Shown here: positions 51,178 through 63,101 of the stretch, one piece after another | Position numbering within the stretch: position 1 is the first letter of the stretch | How the letters are laid out: each line of letters begins with the position of its first letter | Origin: Rhina ancylostomus | Taxonomy: Eukaryota | Assembly: GCA_030265395.1 (NCBI GenBank) | Contig: JARFYF010000051.1 | Location: forward strand, 14,062,399 to 14,126,398 | DNA length: 64,000 nucleotides | Reading direction: 5' to 3' | The notes under the pieces: model-generated | What the model was told of the DNA's origin: nothing | The model's input: the letters and a program-made list of their open reading frames with translations, nothing else | The model's database searches: none | Translations under genes and position numbers: made by a program

Positions 51178-53024
51178 CTAAAGGACAGAAAGATCATTAC
51201 AGGAAACAGGTCTCATGTGATGCCCCAGTGGCAAGTAACATCCCCATATTACCAGAGCTTTACTGCAACTTATCATGCTGCCTAAGGATCAAGAACCTTC
51301 ACGAAAGCAACAAAAGAAAACTGACAGCAAGTCAAAGAGCAGAGGGGGGTGGAGAGAGGGACAATGGTGCAAAGGGAGATGAGGGTTAGAGAACAAGGAA
51401 GAGAGTGGAGATGAGGAGGTTTGTCAGAACCATAAGGATGGAGGGGCAAAGGGATAAAAAGAAAATGAGTAAATTAGATCCTATGGATTTAAAAACAAGG
51501 AATACTCTAAGAAATAGAGGCACTGCTTAACTAGGAGCCAGTGTAGGACAAGCAGAGGAATTAGGATATTGGCAGCAAGAATTTGGAATATCAAGTTCAC
51601 AGGGGGCAGAGCGAGAGGCTGGCCAGGACTCCCTCAGAACAGTCAGCTGAAAGTAAAGGCAAAGATGAGGCTTTCAGCAGCAGATGAGATGAGAAGGCCG
51701 AAGTCAGAAGACTTTAAAATAAGTTACCAACATCTTTGGTGTTATATCTGATCCTATGTCAAATAGTTGTTAACGAGGATAGAGTTGGGGTTAGTGATGG
51801 GAAATGTGAAATGTAATTCAGTCTTCCCAATATTTAACTAGCAAATATCCCTGTTCTTCCAGTCCACCAGACAGTTTGAGAAATTTAGAGACAGTGGAGA
51901 AGGAGTCAACAAAAGCAGTAGCGAGAAAAAAAAGTGCCATTTGTGTACATGGAGCCCGATTTCTATTTTTGGGTAGTTACAGGAAAATGACAGCCAGCTG
52001 AAACATTTACAACCAGCCAGTTTAGTGGCTCATCTCAATCATTATGATACAGTCCGAAAGTTCTATAAACTTTCAGTCCTGGCATCTCCTCTCACCCCCA
52101 CCACTCCTNNNNNNNNNNNNNNNNNNNNNNNNNNNNNNNNNNNNNNNNNNNNNNNNNNNNNNNNNNNNNNNNNNNNNNNNNNNNNNNNNNNNNNNNNNNN
52201 NNNNNNNNNNNNNNNNNNNNNNNNNNNNNNNNNNNNNNNNNNNNNNNNNNNNNNNNNNNNNNNNNNNNNNNNNNNNNNNNNNNNNNNNNNNNNNNNNNNN
52301 NNNNNNNNNNNNNNNNNNNNNNNNNNNNNNNNNNNNNNNNNNNNNNNNNNNNNNNNNNNNNNNNNNNNNNNNNNNNNNNNNNNNNNNNNNNNNNNNNNNN
52401 NNNNNNNNNNNNNNNNNNNNNNNNNNNNNNNNNNNNNNNNNNNNNNNNNNNNNNNNNNNNNNNNNNNNNNNNNNNNNNNNNNNNNNNNNNNNNNNNNNNN
52501 NNNNNNNNNNNNNNNNNNNNNNNNNNNNNNNNNNNNNNNNNNNNNNNNNNNNNNNNNNNNNNNNNNNNNNNNNNNNNNNNNNNNNNNNNNNNNNNNNNNN
52601 NNNNNNNNNNNNNNNNNNNNNNNNNNNNNNNNNNNNNNNNNNNNNNNNNNNNNNNNNNNNNNNNNAGTGCTGGTAATCTGAAATAAGAACAGAAAATGCT
52701 GTAGACCTCTCATGTTGACTGGGCCTAAACCTAGATAACCTGGGCAAGCCGTTGTCCAACCCCAAAAGGGAAAACTGGACCCGGTCCTCACTTGTTAGGC
52801 AAGGGGTAATGGATTAAAAACCATCAATGACAACTTGCATCTAACAGTGCACATCTCAAAGCATATTCATGACTTTCAACCCAGAGTGTTTGAGTTATTC
52901 TGCCATATTTCCATCTACTCCCCCACCCCCTAAAGCCTTTTGCACAGCCCTGCATTTCCTTTACGTAACTAGACAAGACAGCAAGCTCCAGAAGATAGCA
53001 GTGATTAAAAGAGTAAATCCATAC

Positions 53025-53143
53025 CACACTGAAGTGACAATCATTACATTCAAAGGGGCCAGATTCATTCTGTGTTGAATTGGTGCAGCCTTGACATATT
53101 AGGTTTCCATAAGCTTTAGAGAAGAGAGTTGGTGCAAACACAC
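53025..53143 (-). CDS. CAX exon (Cys-rich loop)
   Basis: G-VFAPTLFSKAYGNLICQGCTNSTQNESGPFECNDCHFSV; tag/gtatgg boundaries. Confidence 0.9.
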
Positions 53144-54048
53144 CTACAGAAATTAAAAAAAAAACAAATCAGCCATATGTCACCTCAGGTCACCCAGTGC
53201 CACAATACAAAATGACAGTCCCAGAAGTTTCAAAAGGAAGAGAATGTGGAATCCTTAACAAATTCAGAACTTGGCCTGACATCACAAGACTTGTTCTTAA
53301 CAACTACACGTGACTGATTTTGGAAGAAACATTTCCCTGAAGATGGATACAGATTCTGGCAACTGGAACGTTGGTCCTAATCACCAGTAATACACACATA
53401 CACACACCAGATTAGCATGGCTATAATGCCCATACTAAGTCACAATCCTGTGCTCAGTCATGTCTATTTGAACTTGCTCAGTAACTTTTAATTGGTGTGC
53501 AAATCATGGCTGTTTTCCAACTCCCTTCGGCAGGGAGCAAGTCTAACAAGTCCCACTTTTCTAGAGCAGGAGTCAGGGACTGGTGGGATTATAACAGAAG
53601 ATACTTACGTTTAATGAAATCAGGAAGAAGTTTTTAAACTTGGAAAAAGGGAAAAAGAACCTAGTACCTCCTCTCCTCAATGACCATGGGCCAGAAGGAA
53701 TTTAAGATAACCTGTTCAATTTTTGATTGTAAATGAACAGAAGGATATGGAGCAGAGCCAGGTAGTTGGACTTGATAAGCCATAATGTGATTGGATGGCT
53801 GTAGAATTTGAGAGGTTGCACCTCATCCAGTTGAATACATTCTCTAGGATACTAAAGCCAAGCAACAGCCCCTTTTAATTGAAGGCAACCATGTTATTCC
53901 ACTCAGTGACAACAGCTGGGCCCTCACAAATTACTGCATTACACCAGAAACAGTGCAAAATAGATTTAACTTTTGAGTTTGTGCTGTCTCCCAGTGGTAC
54001 CTTTAGTAGATGTTTTGTTTCAGAAGATGTCAGAAGAATTAGACCTAC

Positions 54049-54148
54049 CTCCCACGGATATGAAGAGCAATGCTGAGCTGATGCCAGCTGAGCGGCTGTT
54101 GAACCTCTGCTCCTGGTGCTTGCAACCTCCGATCACCATGGATATACC
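54049..54148 (-). CDS. CAX exon
   Basis: GISMVIGGCKHQEQRFNSRSAGISSALLFISVG-G, containing the CAX EQxFN motif; cag/gtaggt boundaries. Confidence 0.94.
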
Positions 54149-54697
54149 CTGGAGGACAAGCTGCTCATCAGTTTCTGCCCCAAAGCAAACTGAATCACAG
54201 GGATTTACAAAGCTGGCATTTTCAGAATCACTTTAAAATTTAGAATGTGGAAGAATTACTCCACAACTCAATACTCCACCAGACCATATTCACCAACCTG
54301 GACTTTGCAATACAACTCAATAGCATTTGAATCGAGGCAGAAGAGTGAAGGTCAAACAAAGTACTAAGGCCACCTGCAGACCCAACTTCAGCATGTCCTG
54401 CAAATTACTGGGTAGATTCTAAACTTGCAATCTTCTGAGTGAGCTGAGCAAGTCTCACTCTAGACTGGAATACATATTCTAGGAATGACAGTGTAATGTA
54501 GTACAGAGGATGTCTCCTTTCAAACATTAAACCNNNNNNNNNNAAGGTAGAGGGTCCCATGGGTCAACTAAAGACAGCCAAAAGTTCATCCCAGTATCCA
54601 AACAAGTTTAAAAACTCCAGTCACAGCACAATCTGGTGGATATCACACAGCTTCAAAAGGTGCAGTGTGATGCACTGAACGGTCTTGCAATAAAGTA

Positions 54698-55005
54698 CAG
54701 TGAAACTGATAACCTGCTATTCAACTATCCAGGAATCCTGATGGTTTGGCACACACTCACTACGTCACATTTGCTGCACTCTTTCCAGTCATTGGTCCCT
54801 ATACTCTTCAATTCACAGAGGCACCAGAACCAGGCTCCCCTTTAACTCAGCTCGTTCACTGGAAGACTTATCATATTGCATGATGTTTAAAAGTAACAAA
54901 TTTAACAAGTGTGAGATATTAATAGAAATAACAACCAAAAGTCCAAAAAAAATCTGATAATCTAGCACACTCGAGACTTGGAACTGGATTAGCAGAATTT
55001 TACTG
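54698..55005. mobile_element. Probable Tigger-like MITE
   Basis: TA|CAGTGAAACT ... AATTTTACTG|TA termini; ~310 bp. Confidence 0.5.
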
Positions 55006-55300
55006 TAACAGGACAGAACCTTCAAACTGAAGGTGGCAACAGAAGATCCTACATCAGAAAGCTTGTCCCTATTGCTTGATAAGGGGACCTGGAGACAGGG
55101 GAGATTTGGCTACAAAGCAATATTCTTGCAGTCAATGCTGTCTCATGGAAGGACCAATATTACAAGCATGAAAGAGATCAAGTGGTCAGATGGTTTGCAA
55201 ATGACTGGGTCAGTTCTTGTCCTGGCTAAGAGAAATTAAACATTGCAGAGTTCAAGTTTCCTAATGAGGCAAGCAAAAGCAGGCAGCTGGAATAACTTAC

Positions 55301-55484
55301 TGGAATAAAGAGGACACATCCCAACAAGGTTCCAGTCAGAGCACTTTTCACCACCTCCTCATAGCACTTGTTCCCTTTATGGCTGCCTTTGATCAGAGCA
55401 GTTATGTAGAAGGTCAGCTCAGTGATTGAACCAAATGTGGCATTCACTACTGCACCTACTGCAAAGTTACTCTGCGCTGAAATG
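55301..55484 (-). CDS. CAX exon (alpha-1 repeat)
   Basis: S-ISAQSNFAVGAVVNATFGSITELTFYITALIKGSHKGNKCYEEVVKSALTGTLLGCVLFIP; NATFGxxxE is the CAX alpha-1 signature. Confidence 0.95.
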
Positions 55485-58234
55485 CTGAAAACAAGAGTAG
55501 ATTTAAATCATTGTATGTTAGAAAATTTTGAATACAGTTTCCCAAACTCATTCAACCATTTTCAATAGGCAAGGTGGTACAGTTACCAAATGCAATTAAA
55601 AAAATTAAGTTGTTGCCACACATGGAAAAAAAAGTAAAATCTGGTACATGAGTACTCCTGGGTACAAAGGAATCATGGGTTTAACGTTCTACAAGTATCA
55701 GCACGCCACAGTCGTTACATAATGACATTGCTCAAGGCTGAAGCTGCAATACTTCCTTTGGAACAACACTTCATAATACTGTACGCCATCAATTCAGGTG
55801 TTGCCAAGTGAGGTGTTTATATAAAAATAAGCATTAACTGGCTTCAGGAGGTATGACATTTCAGCATGATGGTCACACTGAAGTATGTGCTCAAAGAACA
55901 TGTAATGCATTTCACTTTAAAATTTAAGTTGATTTTTGAAATCTGGAAATGCAAGTCCAATCAGTCCAACTCATTTGTCAAGGCTCAAGAAACTTCAGAT
56001 GCTGGGATCTGGAGCAACAAACAACCTTCTGGAGGAACTCAAGAGGGTTGAGCAGCATTTGTGTGTCTGTCTCCATCTACCTGGCTCTGTCTCCCAGCTC
56101 CATATCTCCCCCCTCCCCCCCAACCCCACTGAGATGCCACTTCACCCAATGAGTTCTTCCAGCAGGATGTTTGCAACTCAATTGTGCTCAGTTCTAACTG
56201 AGCAAGGATGCAAAGGGCAATGGAGATGTGTGCAAATGGGAAGTTACAAACACCAGGAAAAGGTTGACTGGACCCAGGGGAGGGAGGGAGGGAGGGAGGG
56301 AGGAAAATTCATCCACGGGGTGACCTAATAATCTTCTAATTAGGGAAAGGTTTGACAATGTTGCAAAAGACCTTGCCACTTAAGGGAATTCAAAACTAGA
56401 GCCACATTTAAGGTGGTCACTAATCAATCCAATAAAACTCTGGAGGAATGTTAAGTAGTGAGAATTGAGGCCTTACTACTGCAAGGTGTGCTTGAGGTGA
56501 GTAGTTTAGGTGCATGACAGGGGAAACCCATGAGGCAAAGGAAATAAAATAAAAATCAATAAAGCCAAGTATCAGCAAGGCCAAACAGTACAACTGTGGT
56601 ATCATCTCTTCCTCTGTGGCCTAGAGTAGGTTCTAGAAGATCAGTGTTTACCTTTTCCACTCTTCCAACAGTTATTAGAATACATACTACAAACTCTCTC
56701 AAACCAGTTTGACTTTAATTTTAACTTCCTCCAAACACTTCTCATGGCTTATTGCCACCACTGTTTCACAACAATTCAACAGGTAGTGCAACATAGGTAG
56801 AGCAAACTGCACATGTCCAAGGAACAAAGGATCACGTGGGTGCACGAAGGCAGTATTGCACAAGCAGAAGGAAGCCCACCTGCCATCCTGCGTACACGAG
56901 AACATACACACTCAGTGCCCTTGTGTAAGTTGGACTTTAAAGACTGACATAGAAGATCACACAACTTCACACTTGTCAAAACAGCCCCAAGACTGCCTGT
57001 GGTCTATCAACAAATGCTGATCAACCAAAAAAAACAGCAAGTCTTGCATACAGATGAGAATGCAAATCAGAATGAGCCCAATGTACCACCTGACAAAAAA
57101 ACCCCCAAACACAGCCACAGGATTTTAAACCAATAGAAAAGGAGGAGGTGTTGAGACATTTCCCACTCCTGCCCTCCGAGAAGCAATTTCAAGCAGGAAA
57201 CCTTTGCAAAAAAAAAACGACTTACATCACTGGGAATATTTCTAAATTGATCTACTTATTCTTTGAACCAGAAAGGTGGTTTCACCTTAATTGTATAGCA
57301 AATAATTCATAAAAGAGGAAGTTAAGGTTGAGAGCATTGTCTGACAGCACAAGGGGAGATAAAGCAACGTGAAATAAAATCTATGATAAAGTACACCAGA
57401 AGTGAGAACACATTGCTTGCGGTACAGTATTGTTCCTGACTTCAAAGTGATGTACTGCAGAGTTTCCACTATGTTCAAAATGTGATCAAACCATTCTTCA
57501 AGTTTGCTTCCAATGCACCCTCTTGTTGCTGACAGCCAAGGAATGTTCCTTTCTGTGCCTCAATTGGGGGTGGAGGTGTAAAGTGAAGACTTTTAGAAAA
57601 AGATATTTTGTAATGAGAACAAGTGTTCAGAATTATTATTACTGACATATTATGTCCTTGATGGTGGAGAGGGTAGTACCCATGATGGAGCTGGCCGAGT
57701 CTACAACCCCGTGCAGCTTCTTTCAATCCTGCACACTGAAGCCTCCATACCATTGTAGATTTTACCAACTATTCTCGTTTCTTCCAGAGATCTCCCAGAG
57801 CACCAGATACAGTAACAGGAAAATATTTCAAGAGCCGATCATCTTACTGCACCCTTTCAAACATTAGGCTTTATTAGCTGGGCAGAAAAGAGTAGGTAGA
57901 GCTCTGTGTTTTCATTGAACACAGGCTGAAGATGGACTGGGTCATTTCCAGCTTCTGTCTCATCCCCACATGCACCCAAGGGAATGTTACTTTCCAACTT
58001 GCCTTTTAATGGGAAAAGTTTGCTAGGCAAGTCACCCTGTCATTTTTGGGGAAGAATACACTAAGAGAAAATGCCAAGGATGAAGTAGGATGGGGGAGGG
58101 GTAGTGGTGGAAGTGGGGGAACCTGGGTACAGAGGGGGTAATGGAAGAGTTTAGGAAACACCAGCATGAACCAGTTCGCTCACATAGCCCGTTACTTTGC
58201 TACAATGACAAAAGTACAACAAGGTTCTGCTTAC

Positions 58235-58376
58235 CTCGCGATTGCCATCCCAATGTAGTAGGACAGAGGAATTATTGCCAAGATGGATAGGGCAAATTTT
58301 ACAGGAGAACTGGCATAGTGATTCTCTGTGTCAGCATACCCCAAGACCAGAGCAACTACTACTAGAGGAAGCAGAT
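58235..58376 (-). CDS. CAX exon (first TM hairpin of the exchanger domain)
   Basis: N-LLPLVVVALVLGYADTENHYASSPVKFALSILAIIPLSYYIGMAIA-S; preceded by a U12 branch site. Confidence 0.94.
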
Positions 58377-59798
58377 CTGAAGAGCCAGTTAAGGAAATAA
58401 CTTGCACGAAAAAGCAACACAGTCACCAGTAGACAATAGTCACTAACCACAGTACATGCCCCAGAAGAGACTCAGGAGTTATGTGAAAATTGGGTGCACC
58501 TTTTCCTTGCTTTGTATAGTCCAAACTGCAAGGTTTAGAGTANNNNNATAGTCCAAGCTGCAAGGCTCTACCACGTAGCATGCTTGGACTGGCCTAACCC
58601 AATTACTGCGTCATTAACTATAGAACGAAGGATAAAAACATCATCAAGTTCAAGAATCCACATTGTGATGGAGCAGAGGGAGACTTAAATTTGCTTCTGA
58701 TTGAAGAACAATTCTAAAATTCTGCTAGAGTAGTGCTCCCAATAACTAGCCACGCGACCAGCTGCATTTCTGGGCAACAGAAAAGCAAGAGGCACTCTCA
58801 ATACTCACCATGTGAGCTTTGTAAAATTACAGTAACAAAGTACTTCTTTTGATTATGTTTACTAGTGTGGTGATTGAATGTTCATCTTGGTAAAGATACA
58901 AATGAAGAACACTTACCTCTCGTGAACATGATACTTTTCACTAAAAAAAAATTAGTAGTGTGCATAGTTGAATTAAGTTTGACAATTACCACCCCAGGGT
59001 TGCGTTCAATGAATTTTATTGAACAAAGTAACAGTGCCAACCAGTTTACAGGCCAACATCAAGCAATGCAATGGGATAATTTGGGGACATTGAAAGTGCA
59101 CAGTTAACAAACTTTCTGTGCCTTTTAAATAAAATTTTAAGCCAACTCCTTTAACAGCACTATTTGGGATCGTTGGATAAAAAGGTATAATTTTGGAGTC
59201 TTCCGACTTACACATATTGGCCTTTATTTCTCTTATAGCCAGGAGAGCTGTGTTGCTCAAATGGAAAGAAGTTACTGCCCCCACTCATGTTCAATGGCTA
59301 CGGGATATTGTGTCATATCTAAATTTAGAGAAGATCTGTTGTTCGATTTCTGGATCTAATCTGGACTTTCAAATATTGTGGGGACCTTTCTTGAACTACT
59401 TTCAAAACCATTGATTTGGTTCTTAAAGTACAGATACTGGCTAATACTATTGTGTCTTCAGGGCTTTAAAATTTTTTTTTAAAAAAAGAGCTTCAGTCTT
59501 GGTAGTGGGTTTAGTTTTTTTATATAATAAAATTATTCCAATTTATTAATATCAATTAGTTATTTCAGTTTATCAATGAGGTATTGTGATTTCAAGTGTG
59601 ACTCAATACAATGTATTTTGCAACATTTTGTCTTTTCTTTTGTTCCATGTACTTTGTACTCTATCTGGAATTAATAAAAAATATTGTAAAAGAGAAAGTG
59701 CACAGTTAGCATACAAAGCAAAATAATTCAATTCTACTTTAATTAGCAATTGTACCTTTCTCCAGCCTTACTCCTTCACTTGGAGTATCAAAGGATAC
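58377..59798 (-). other. U12-type (minor spliceosome) GT-AG intron in the CAX gene
   Basis: Donor GTATCCTTT (59798-59790); branch site TTTCCTTAAC (58397-58388) ending 11 nt before the exon. This junction keeps the reading frame. Confidence 0.92.
59107..59693 (+). mobile_element. 5'-truncated L1-type LINE with a 15-bp target-site duplication
   Basis: ORF LAFISLIARRAVLLKWK..PTHVQWLRDIVSYLNLEKI..WGPFLNYF (fish L1 ORF2 C-terminus), AATAAA/A-rich end, GAAAGTGCACAGTTA at 59092-59106 and 59694-59708. Confidence 0.88.
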
Positions 59799-59901
59799 TC
59801 ACAGCAAACACATTAATGCCAACTACTGTGTACTTGTAATAGTAGAAATTCATAGCACGGTAACAACAAAGGACCACTTCTCCATCCAGTGGACTGTCAG
59901 T
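59799..59901 (-). CDS. CAX exon followed by a U12-type donor
   Basis: TDSPLDGEVVLCCYRAMNFYYYKYTVVGINVFAV-N, resembling the VNX1/type II CAX 'YYKYTxxGxN' motif. Confidence 0.92.
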
Positions 59902-61334
59902 CTGGTGGCAGGGAGTGAAACAAAGTAAAAATCAGTTCACTGAGATAGTTCAACCCAAGGATCTATGTTTTATGAATCACATCGGGCTGAACCTCTTGTG
60001 TTGTAAAATCATGAGGGATATAGACAGAGGATTTTCTCCCATTAGCAGAGGTATCAAGAACTAGGGGACATGGAAGGATTATGATTGGCAAAAGAACCAA
60101 AAGAAGTGACACTAAAAGAAATCCCCCCACCCCATCAAAACATAGCAAGTGGTAAGGGTGTATAATGCACTGCCAGAACTTGCAGTGGTGGCAGAGTCAA
60201 TTGCAGCATTGAACAGGGAGCTAGAAAAGGAAAGAATTCACAGAACTACAGGGAGAAGGCAAGGAAGTTCTACCACCATGATTGCTCTTGCATAGAGTCA
60301 GTAGGGAACACAGGAGCCTCCTTCATTGCACTGATTGCTCTGACTTGATTTTGGATCAGATTGTAGCTAATGAGATCCTGAACTGGTCAGAACAAAAGCC
60401 AGGGTTTTATGATGATACCAGAGACCAGAACCAGTTGTTCTGACCATCCGCAGGCATTACAAGTGTTCAGGCCTTCATTTTAAAATCAATTTCCAAACTG
60501 TCAAAGAATGTCTCATTCCTTCTCCAATCTCCCCAGTGCTACAAACCTATACTTTAATTCTGGCATCACACCAGTAGTAGCAGCCCGGACTCCAAGATCT
60601 GAAATCCCTAGCTGCATAATCTCCTCGAAATCTTCCACTGCTAACTTATCTGAATATCTCATATGGCTGGCTGTCAAAATATTAAAAAACAATTTCATTA
60701 TGAACACTGAAGCATTTTTCTTCATTAAAGATACTATACAAATGAAAGGAATTAGTTCTGTCACAGGAATATATGATTTTCAATGAAGCAAATTGATGGT
60801 CCATTAGATAGATCCAAGCAAATTACTTTTTGCTAAATTGGTGCTGAGCCATTTGAACTTATGAGCCATAAGTCATCTCCAATAACTTAACTAATTTGTC
60901 TCACTGGAGCTTCATTGAAGTTAACTAAATTAATTTTAACTAAATTAAAGTCAAGCTTCCAAAATAAAGCACAAATCTAACAAGCTGCTGTTTGTTATCC
61001 TGCTCCTTATGAGGCTGAATAGCCAACCAGAAACACTGGCCAATATGAGCACTATAGTGGAGCTCATCATGGAATAACTGTTATAAATTCAGTAGCAGAT
61101 GGGTAATGATATTCTGATAATATTGGTGGCACATTTACAAATGTGCAGACTTGCAGACATTAAAAGGAATTGTTTAGTTTGCCTTAGTGTAAAGCAACAG
61201 GGCTGCACACGAGAAAACACCACATCCACTGCCAAATCAGTCACCCAAGTACAGAGGCAGCTTTGGGTTAACTCAGCACTGAATATACCAGCACAAGGAC
61301 ACTGGAAAACACCCAACATTCTCCATTAAGATAT

Positions 61335-62770
61335 AACAACAGAAAATGCTGGAAATACTGAGCAGATAAGGTAGCATACGTAGAGAGAAACAGGAACCAA
61401 TAACTAAGATTCTGTAACTGAGACGCAGTGCCTAACAGAACACAAGATGCTGTTGGATTCAGTGGAACAGTGCAAGAGGCCAAAGACTGAGGTTGTAGTG
61501 GGAGAGTGATGGAGAATCAAAACTGACAGACATCGAGAAGCTCAAGGTCAACCTTTCTAACTTGAAGTAATCACCCAATCTTCTTTTGCTGTAGAGAAGA
61601 TTAAATCATGAGCACCAAATGCAGTACACTAAATTAGAAATTTCAGAAGTTCACTGCTTTACTTGGATAAAGGAAAGGATAAAAGGAAAGGACAAGGGAA
61701 ATTCTATCCTTGCTGTGGGCGAGAGGAGGAGAGGGCAGAGGTGCAGTAGCCATGGTTAAAGGAAAATNNNNNNNNNNNNNNNNNNNNNNNNNNNNNNNNN
61801 NNNNNNNNNNNNNNNNNNNNNNNNNNNNNNNNNNNNNNNNNNNNNNNNNNNNNNNNNNNNNNNNNNNAGGAAAATGGCAGACATCACAGGAGCACTGATG
61901 AGCCAAATGTCATCAGAACAGATATAATGGAACCAGAGAATGGAAGGGAATCCATTCTGGAAGCAGGATGAGAGTCACAGTCAAAACAACTGTGGAGTCT
62001 ATGGGCTTCAGGTGGATGTTGGTCAGTAACCTATCCCATGGTGGTGATAGAGACATTACCAAAACAAAGAATTATAGCGATTAAAGAGCAGGGTGGCAGC
62101 TGCCAGCGAAAGGTGATGAAATGCACACATTCTTCATGAAAACAGTAAGCAATATCCAAAGAGTCAATGTACCAGGGAAAAAAATTGAAGGGCACCCCAA
62201 GAAAAACTGAAGCAAGGACCATGCCACATAGCCACAGACAGGCATAGTTATGACCCATGTTGGTTCCCCTAGTGAGAGCTCTGATACACCCACCTCAGCG
62301 TTCAGACTTTAAATGCCATGATTAGATAAGTTTCTCATCTCCCCTTTCAGCATTCCAAAAGGGACTGGCCCCTCCACATCTTGGTTCACTCTTTCATCTC
62401 CATCAACACCAATCCCTTCTCTCAGAATCCGCAAGAGACTGAGCACCTGCCCTATTATCAGTTGCCTTCCCACCATACGCTGCATCTCAGTTCCAGTGCT
62501 CCCCCACCACAGCCTTATTCAATTGCATTCACATTTCCTTCAACCAGATCTGCAATTATAAAACCTTCCTCACCACAATTTACACACACAGCCTCCATCC
62601 ACCACATTCCCCTTTTTATTTCTCCACAGCTTAAAACATACTCATTTCCTACTTCTGATGAAAGGCCATGGACTTGAAACTTGAACTGGTTCTTTCTCCA
62701 CAGATGCTGCCTGACCTGCTGGGTATTTCCAACATGTAATTTCAGATTTTTAACACATGCAGATTTTTTG
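61335..62770. mobile_element. Penelope-like element remnant with inverted termini
   Basis: 'cagaaaatgctggaaatactgagcag' at the left, 'agatgctgcctgacctgctgggtatttccaacat' at the right, with decayed PLE-like internal sequence. Confidence 0.65.
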
Positions 62771-62915
62771 TACAAAACTTTCCCACATTAGGATGAATTT
62801 ATCATGCTCCTTAAAGCCCCTTCAGTTACCTCAAGTTCTAGTTGTTGATTTGTAATGTTCCTATTATGTTGTCATTAGGAGATACTGTGCACTGCCAGCA
62901 AAACAAGATCCTTAC

Positions 62916-63101
62916 CCTCTTGGATGGTCTGATCTGAAGCTGCTCAGGAGGGATTAGCAGGATGTCAGTGATGGCTCTGACATTTAGCTTGGCTATTGGA
63001 ATGGTGACAACCAAAATCCAAGCAATGAAGGAAGCCAGGCCATGGGCAAGTGCGAGAAGTGGATACCCCAGGAGAAGCCACACATAGGTGCTAGGAGAGT
63101 G
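62916..63101 (-). CDS. CAX exon (N-terminal membrane region typical of type II CAX); gene continues past the window
   Basis: HSPSTYVWLLLGYPLLALAHGLASFIAWILVVTIPIAKLNVRAITDILLIPPEQLQIRPSKR; ttccag/gtaagg boundaries, phase 0-0. Confidence 0.88.

Noticed and set aside
51915-51955. 'YTNGTFFFS' on the minus strand as the missing CAX mini-exon
   Set aside because: No flanking splice sites, and it lies in what looks like a decayed L2-like repeat.
52025-52791. Long ORFs (210-242 aa) in the ORF track
   Set aside because: They consist almost entirely of X residues from the N gap.
60513-60764. 83-aa minus-strand ORF (SHMRYSDKLAVEDFEEIMQLG..) inside a CAX intron
   Set aside because: The flanking CAX exons already join in frame (phase 0-0). 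The best ag/gt candidate (60547-60670, 124 nt) would shift the frame, and I recognise no homology.
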